Source: Lingula anatina (Eukaryota > Animalia > Brachiopoda). Taken from it: 64,000 nt of DNA. Both the position numbers and the translations under genes were made by a program. The stretch covers positions 12,648,001 through 12,712,000 of the forward strand of contig CM120641.1 in assembly GCA_051362555.1 (NCBI GenBank). Reading direction: 5' to 3'. A model generated the notes under the pieces. The model saw nothing but the letters and a program-made list of their open reading frames with translations. It was not told where the DNA came from and searched no databases. This document shows positions 53,001 to 62,000 of the stretch, in pieces. The first letter of the stretch is position 1, and each line of letters starts with the position of its first letter.

Positions 53001-56000
53001 GCATTTGAAGTGCTAACTCTTGGAAAATGGCTGTTAGAGGGGTGGTTCTTTAATTTGATCATAAACAACTGAATCCACTCCCAACAGATGTATGGTCAGG
53101 AACTTAAATCTAAACCATCTCCACGACTCCATTCTTCTTTATTACCTGTACATGTTATCCATTGGCAAGTGAAAAGATGTTTTAGAAACTAGCAGGGTAG
53201 AGATTCAAAGGATTATCATGCTCTTGGTTATCATTGAAGCTGCTCTGATATTTCTATGTGTTTTCTGTATTCCAATACTGTGTTTCTGGGGAGGTATGTT
53301 TGTTGAAAAAAAAATGTTAACTAGATTTATTGAAGATTAACTTTGGCAGTTACATGGCTAATTGTTAAGCTATCAGTCATTTTGTATTGGTTGTGTGTGC
53401 ATTTATGTCTGGAGATGGACCATTAGGACCAACAAGTATTTTAAGTACTGTTAGGGAAAAATGTATGTGTTAGATAATTCCAGCCTGGGAGAGACAGGTT
53501 GCAGTCAACACCTGCAGAAACTTTGTTGTACTTACGTAGCTTTTATCCAAAGTTTACAAAGTGTAAGATTGATATTTATCAGAATTTTTATATAACCATT
53601 AGAGTAGACATTCTGACATTTGCATAACATGTATTTTGCTTTTTTCCCCCAGACACAGACCTGTATGAAGGCCCAGACTTTATGCGACCCAGCTTTGTGG
53701 AGCCACTGCACCATTCCACAGTAGAAGTTGGAGGCAAGGCAACATTTGAGTGCATTGCAGAAGGCAATCCTATCCCTCACTTCAAATGGTGAGTTAATAT
53801 CTTCTAAATGGATAAATTATTTTCATACCCTAAATTGGCTACTTCCTTCCCTATATTTTGATGGGTGTTTAATGAGTAAAACTCCCAAGTTTTTAAAGTC
53901 ATATAGCCAGTATTCAGACTTTAGTATGGCATATGTATCTCCTAAGTATTAAACTCTAGTTTTGCATTGGTAGGAAGTTATTCCTAAAGGTGGCAGCATT
54001 GCTGGTACATTTACGCAAACATTTTAATAGGATTTTGTTCTTAAAAGAATAACTCAGGTGGTGGTGAATGCATGGGGTAATGCAGTCGACATTGCATTTG
54101 CATCATGGGAAATTTATTTCAATCCTCTCATACCCAGTTTAAAGTGCTGTGTTATTGGACTATAGCTTGTCTCAGAAAGTCCCAAGATAAGACTAGAATA
54201 GGTACCACCTGCTAATCTGGTAATAATTGGCAAACTTCAAACACCTCACTTGTTTTATCAAAATCTGCCAATTTTGCATGACAAAAGGTTTCTGAAAGTG
54301 TCTGACACAAGCCCATATTTTGTTCCACTTTTATGAGTAATTATTGTATTCAAAGTCTAGTCTCAAAAAGGTTCAGGTAAAGCTAGGTAAAACCACCACG
54401 TGTTGCTATGGCCAGGACATCCCACTGAGAAATAGCAGCTATTTCCAGCAGGGTTTCTAAATTGTGCATGGTGAAGAATCCAGGTAAAATTAGCTCAGAA
54501 AACAGAAATATAGCTATGTCAGCAGTGCATATCAGAAAAGTTAAGACAAATCAGTAAGCTCTCCTGGCTGGCTGACTGATGTGGTGGGGGTTGCTACTGA
54601 TGTGGTGGTGGTGAGATAGATATGGCCAGTGTGTCAGAACCTCAACTCAGTCCTCTGACCCTGGTCACTCCTGGTCAGGAGCTGGACAGGTAAAGGGATA
54701 CTGAATCAGTTTTAAGTGCCATAAAAGCTTCTGAAGTTCTGGATGAAAGAAACTATATAAATGTTCACTTGGAGTAGTAGGGAATATGACTCCAAAACCA
54801 AAAATATTCTTAAAGCACAGAAGATAATGTTTAAGCATTTGTAGCTAAAAAAAAAAGAACATGAATTTTGTGAAAAATTATGAATATTAAGATAGAAATC
54901 AATATTATCTTTTAGGACAAAAGACAGCCTAGAACTTGAAGAAGATGACCGCATCAAGATGTACTATGATGGACAAGGTGGTGCTAAGATGGTCATCCGA
55001 CAGGTCCAGAAATCTGACCAAGGTCTCTACTACTGCCAGGCACAAAGCAAGGCTGGACGTACAAAGTGCTCTGCTTCCCTTCGAGTCATTGGTGAGTATC
55101 TGGTGGTATGCCAAAGGATCAAAGCAAGATTAGTAAAAAAATGTTCATGATTTTCGTTTTCCTGTTCTCTCTATCAAAATTTATGATGAATTTTTCTGAA
55201 TTTCTGCCTTGAAGTTTCTCTCTACTCAAAGCTTTAAACATGATACTGGGAATGCTAGAAATGGATTTCCCGTTCCCCATCTGATAAAAAACTAAAAAAT
55301 GATAATTGAATTTTTTATTATTTAACTTTTACAAAACAATACTTGGGGTTCTCTCCAATAACTAATGATTATCATTATTTATAATCTGGATTTGTTGCAC
55401 ATTTGATAAGCACACAAAGACTTTATTTCAGATTAGGAACCTTCTATGATAATACTGATAATTCATTTGTTCAGAGTCAGAAATTCATGAAATGTTGAGT
55501 AGAAATAAAAGCATATCTTAAGATTTAAAAAAAGTTAACCAAAAATAAATCTTCCCTAAAATAAGCCATGTATATGAGACAGTGCTGCAGATCAGGTTTC
55601 ATATTTACCTAAAACAAAAAGGCCTAAAATAAAAATATTCACGTAACCTACTGGATCCACCTTGCCTCCAGGACTCTTTGACCAGATGGTAGTCCCCTGT
55701 ATAAATATAAACCTACCTCATACCACTCTGCTATGTTATTAAACACAGGAATACACCAGACTCAGTACATACATACAGGTTAATAAGAATGGATGTACTG
55801 CATATCTGAATTATTGTATACATGTATGCTAACAATAGGCACTATTAGCTGGGATATCATTTTACTTATAAATATTTTTTCTTCTAATCAAGCAACTTAA
55901 ACATTTCAAACAAATTATTATTCCCCAGAATTGTAGAATTTGTATGATTCAGACTTTTTATTTTCAACCTGGAATTTTTTTTCTAAAAATTGTTTGGTTA

Positions 56001-59000
56001 ACAGGTGTAAATTTTGGTGAAACTTGCTTTTGTCTGCATGGAAGAATCACATGTGCAAGGGGCTTTAATTAATAATAACAAGACCTTAAGATTGTTTTGA
56101 ATCAAGGTAACTTAGTGGCAGTGTGCGTCATAGCTATATGGAAGGGAAAACAACCTTGCATCAATGTAAGATAGAAATAACTTATGCTTAAATATTTACT
56201 TTGAAGCTCATATAAAGATCTCAAAGGCTCATCAAAAGGCTCTTTTCAACTTATTCAAGATATTTACAGTTCTTCACCTATATTTGCTTATTAGTCCATT
56301 AAATACATGGTTATATTTATTGCAGAAAGAAAGAGGAGAAAATCTTTTCTCTTACAAAAATGATAACTGCACAGGTGGATTAACAAACATATAAAGATAA
56401 CATGCTGTTCATTAGTACTTGTTTTAAACTTTAAGAAGATTTAAAAAAATTATTTGACATAACATCTTTTATGTCACTCAGGTGAAGACATTCGTAGTAG
56501 AAGTACCAGTCGTGAGTCCAGCAGAGAAGTCACCCCAGTAGTGGACCGTGGTGCCAAACCCAGCAGGGAGGCTGTTGGAACAGCCCCCAAGTTCATCAAG
56601 CCACTCCCTAGTGCTGTGGAAGTCCCTGAGGGAGAGTCCCTACTGCTGACTTGTGTGGTAGAGGGAGATCCCACACCAAAAGGTTAGATTCTAGAAGATT
56701 CAATTTAAGGTCAATTATCAAATTTTGGTTTGGAAATGACTGTTTTTTAATTATATATGGAATGAAATGATGTGACAAAGCAGTGCTTAACTTTATTTCA
56801 ATTTTTCTCAAGGTGTTGATATATAATAAAACTGCCAATGAACAGAATTGTGAGAATGGTCAGAAATGTCAAAACGTGAGTGCTAAGTTAATAAGAATTT
56901 GGTATAGAATCTAATTTATGAAAACCTCATCCTACTACTGATACCTTATAATAAAACCTTTATATTACTTTTTGAGCACAATCTTCCCCAAGCTTAAATT
57001 TCTTTTTTTTTTCTTCCTTAAGTTGAATGGCACAAGGGTGCAAGGGATCTAAGCTACAGCACACGACTTAAGATTATCTCTAAAGGCAACACACATTCCC
57101 TGGAGGTGCCCTCAGTGATGTTCACTGATGGCGGAGAGTACAAAGCAACTGCCAAGAATGCAGCGGGTGAGATTAGCTCAACTACAGCAGTCAAGATTGG
57201 CAAGCCAAAGTGAGTACTACACAACACAATGCTTATATTTTTTCAACACAAAATAAAATACTAATTCAGCTTTTTGAACAGAAGTCTTTGTTTGGCTCTG
57301 TTGCATTCTTGCACAAAATGTGCCTTTTTATTTTTCACTGCATTGGGAGTTTAGGATGAGGTCTATCTGGCTCTATTCTAATGCATTAGTTTCTGTATTT
57401 ACATCTCACACCCTATACCTTTACTGTATTTTTAAAATACAGGCACTTAGTTATCAAATATATGCACATTGTTAAAAGCTATTTCTTTTTCTTTCAGACC
57501 AAAAGAGCCAGATGTCATAGGTAAGCATATGTCTAACAAAAAAAAAAAAAAAGAAAAACAAACTTATATTAGTGATCAAAAGACAGTATTGTTCAGATGT
57601 CAGTTCCAAATACCACTGATATTGATATTGCATTACCATTCATATATCATCCCCTGAAGAGGTGTCTATCTCTCCACTTCCTGCATACAGAGTAAATATA
57701 AAGAGTCTGTGCTGAAACATCCGGCTTTTATCAAGTGTGGCTTACTGTGTATATGTGTGGTCGGCTGTCATGTTGTCTTTGATGTGGTCAGTTTTTGTCA
57801 TGTAAAAGTAGATGGACTTGCCTTTTAACAAGTAATCTACCTAGGGCTCAGATAATTGGGGTAGTTATTTACAGAGAGGTATGGTATTTGTATGGGGACT
57901 GGAGAAAAAAGTATGGGTATGTCTAGAGCTGAAGCTGATTACTCTGTTATTTGGTGATAAAAATATTGATTACAGAAATATTTAAATAAATCAGTATTTG
58001 TGCTAGTCATAAGGGGCAGACATACCTTGACTTTATAACCAAAAGATCATGAATAGTATCGTAACTGGGATATTTTTTCCAATTAAATAAGTTATTCAGA
58101 AGTAATTGTGATAACAACTTATACTTTCACCATGTTCCTTATGACAGTCCATTTTGTTTCAGATGACGAGCAGCTGAAACTTTAGTTTTTTCAAACTGTA
58201 GCTTTCTTTTCACATCTTCAGTGCAGTTACCTAGTACCTTTGTTTATCAACTGTATATTCCTTATGAAAATAAACGCAAATAATGATTCCATTTATGCTA
58301 ATTCCATACTTAATTGCAAACACTGATCCTATATATAGTTGTGTGTCTGTTTTTGTGTAATTTTTTTTTAATATCAGCTCATTTTTATCCTATTATCATT
58401 ATTTCATTAAGATAACACCTTTAAACTATTTTGGCTCCAGGGGATTCTGCTTTTATTGATGCTTCATCATCCTCGGGGCAAGGTATCTTTGCTAAAGCTT
58501 CATTGCTTTTTTGTGTGCAAACCTTACTGTTTTGAACTTTACACCTCAAACTAAGAAAAAATCCACCTTATATTAGAAATAGTATCCCCTTCAACTGTTT
58601 TACCACTTAGAGCTCTGATTTCTCGTCTAATGAGTCGAGCACTTGTTGTCACAGCCCCCAGAAAGAGCATGTCGGCCATACCAGGACACTGTGAAAAGGT
58701 ATATGCCATTGTAATACATTTCTTTCTACATGTAATAATGACTGAAGTACTGCTAAATTACGTACCAATCCTCCTGTAATGTAAAAAATGTGGAAAACTA
58801 TTCTATTTTATCTTACCCCTGCCCATAATGTTCCTGTCACAGTTTCAGTAAGTGTGCAGATTAAAAACAACAAATATTTCTATTATCCCTCATGTTGAAG
58901 CCTACCTATTATTGCATTTAATTATGTAGGGTAGATTCATGTACATTTGTAATGATGCCCCCTCTACAGCAACTTGGCTCCTATTGTAGTTATGGAAAAG

Positions 59001-62000
59001 GAGTGTTTGGATTTTTTTCCTGACAGCATTAATGTGGGCAGTTTCTACCCCCCCCCCCCCCCCCATCCCTGTCACAATGAATGACATGTGATCTTCACAA
59101 GCACAAGTCGTCAGCTACTCTGACAGAATGAATACCATTCAACCAACCACTGTAGACCCCTAAGTAGTCTACATTTTCACATTTCCAATATACTCCCTGC
59201 AAGATAAAATAAACAAGAAACAAGGATCCAAAAACAATCTGAGCACAAATGCCCCTTTAAATGTGAAACAAAACCCATTTTGTTTAGTAAATATTTTGCT
59301 AAAAACTTGTTATTTTCCTCATGTTTCATGAGAATTGACTGTAATTTAGTGTTATTGCTTGATTTTTTTCGAGGACCATTTTAGAGTTTGACAGTCATGA
59401 CAATGCAGAGAGATATGCTGAATTCATGTCTATTTTACTCTTCATTTGCAGCACCAAGATTTATAAAGGCTCTACCAGATACTGTAGAGATTATTGAAGG
59501 CGAATCAGTTCATGTAAATGTGAAAGTCCTCGCTAAGCCTCCCGCTGACATCATCTGGTACCAGGATGGCCGTGAGATTCCCCGTAGATCTCGACATCAT
59601 CAGATAGAATTTGATGCAACTGATAGCACCACACTGACCATACGTGATATCAATCCTGAAGACATTGGCCAGTATGTTGTCACAGCAACCAACATAGCTG
59701 GCACAGCAAGATCTTCAACAAAGTTTGTGACTGGTGAAGGTAAAGATTGTTTGTTTGTGTTTTTTTACTGTTGTTTAGATATTAGATATATCATTGTGAG
59801 TGTAACGGTTTGGTTAAGTTTCCAAGAAAGTTTGCGGAAGGATTGAAATTTTGCTAGTTATTGAATGACATTCAACAAAGGAAAAAATAAAAATATTCTC
59901 AAATGAAATGAAATAAATTAGGGAGTGTTTTGGATGTGTAATGCTTTGCAACTGAACCAAAAATAACCATTCGGTTTTGCTTGGCAGGTAACTGTTTCAT
60001 TAATTGATAGTAATGTGGCAGTGTAATAATTGTTATCTCATTTGTGTTATATTGGTATCAAGATTTGTTTTAAATTCATGGCACTGCATCACAATCATTT
60101 TCATATGAGGATATACATGATGAGAATAGATTATGACAAACAGTATGCTGATGAGTTGGCATAAAACTCTGATGGATTAATTACCAAGGTTTATCAGTTG
60201 GAAGAACAGTTATCATTGTCAAAGAACAGTTTGAGCATACATGCTTTTAAGGATATCCTGGCACAGAAACTATTTTATTCTTTAGAAAAAAAGTTTGGTG
60301 TGACTTTCACAGAGGAAACAACATAATCAAAGAGGATAGTTTACGCCTATAAAGAGTATCCAACTACATTTGTTATTGTGTGGACTGATGGACCACACAG
60401 GGATAGGGATGCAGCAGATTTTATCTCATTTGTTTATTTTTGTTTGAAATATGTACATTTAGAAAAAAACTGAGAAGGATAGCAGCAGCAAAGCATGCCT
60501 GTACTTCAGTTGCAATGTATCAAGGGGAAACACAAAAACCTTGGTTTAAGTCGCAGCTTGTATTTGTTTTAGCCAAACCTGCAGAAGTGGTTGCTGAGGC
60601 AGCTTCAGAGCCTGGAGAACCTGAAGGTGAGCCCCCAAGGTTCTTGAAGAAATTAAGGGATAGGAAAGTGACCACTGGTAACATAGTGAAACTGTCCGTG
60701 AAGGTGGATGGAGAACCAGAGCCAGAGATTACATGGCAGAAGAATGGCAGGGACCTAGAGGATGAGGGTAAGTTTTTCCATTTCACTGCTTTGCCACACC
60801 TGATATTTGTAGTTGTTATTAGACATGGGTGTATGTCTCTGTTTTTTGAAAAGATGCTTGCATTTGAATAACTGCAGTTGGTGATGATTTTATTCATTGT
60901 TGTAACCTTCTCATTTGAGTAAATTGTACGTTAGAGTACTGTTTGTGTGGATGCATTGTTTAGAGTATTAAAGCTGAACAAAAAAAATTCGAGAAATTTT
61001 AGAAGAGTTATAAAAAGACAATTCAGATTAATGGTCACAATGAATGATATACTCATAACTTAATACAGGGATCTAAGGAAAAATGTGGGTATATTTTAAC
61101 CATTTTATTTACTTTCTAGGGCGCTATGAGGTGTTTATAGAACGGGATACCTATAACCTGGAGATCTACGACTCCGAGGTAGGAGACACAGGCACTTATT
61201 CCTGCACTGCCACTAATGAACTGGGATCTGAGTCCTGTCAGTGCAGACTCATTGTGGAAGGTAGGAGGAGATATTGTGAAAATATTATTTTTTTTATTTT
61301 ATTTTATTTATCTTATTATTATTTTTTTTATTTTTATTTTTATTTATTTTATTTATTATTATTATTTTTTTTTTTTTTTTTGTATTCAGCACATTTTGCA
61401 TATAATATTTCTTTTTCTCATTGACAAAGTATATATTTCAGGCAATTTATTTGAATACAAATGTTTTTTAGGTTTTACTTTAGATACGATATGTAGTATT
61501 TCATATTTTTATTGAGTTGTTAGTCTTTGTGAATGATTGATTACCAACATTAGTATTTCATTATATTTGTGTTGCCCAATATCTGTGTAACTCATGCTTA
61601 TTCCAACAAGGCTTATATGTTATGCATGATTAAGCATGTCCTTGACAGAATTAATCCATGATAAGTTTAAAATCCTCTTGGATATAAAATGTTATCATTA
61701 AATGAAATGAATCAAATCATTTCTTTTGCAATCACACATAAACTTACAGAAAATAAGTGCTTGAGCTACATTTGGTAATAATTTAAGTGATTTTTTAATA
61801 ATATGAAACCACCTATCACTAACCAAGAATTTCCTGTGTGATAGTTTGTCTCCTGGTGCCTTCAAGGGGTATCACTAACTAGATATACAAAGAACATATT
61901 TTCTAAGTTAGCAAAGCTCTACATGCTACAGTGGAAGATTTTTGAAAGATTAAGAGTAGGACATGCTTTCCTCAATTTTTTTCATCAAAAATACTGTATT

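Noticed and set aside
58611-58698. Exon-like GC-richer segment with AAG|gtatat donor
   Set aside because: No acceptor choice gives a phase 1-1 open frame compatible with the flanking exons
1891-60897. Numerous minus-strand ORFs (for example 12010, 17333, 21915, 35063, 42513, 60520)
   Set aside because: Antisense shadows of + strand Ig/Fn3 exons, with no independent domain or splice logic
61216-61515. Hydrophobic F/Y/I-rich ORF tails resembling transmembrane segments
   Set aside because: Read-through into a T-rich low-complexity intron
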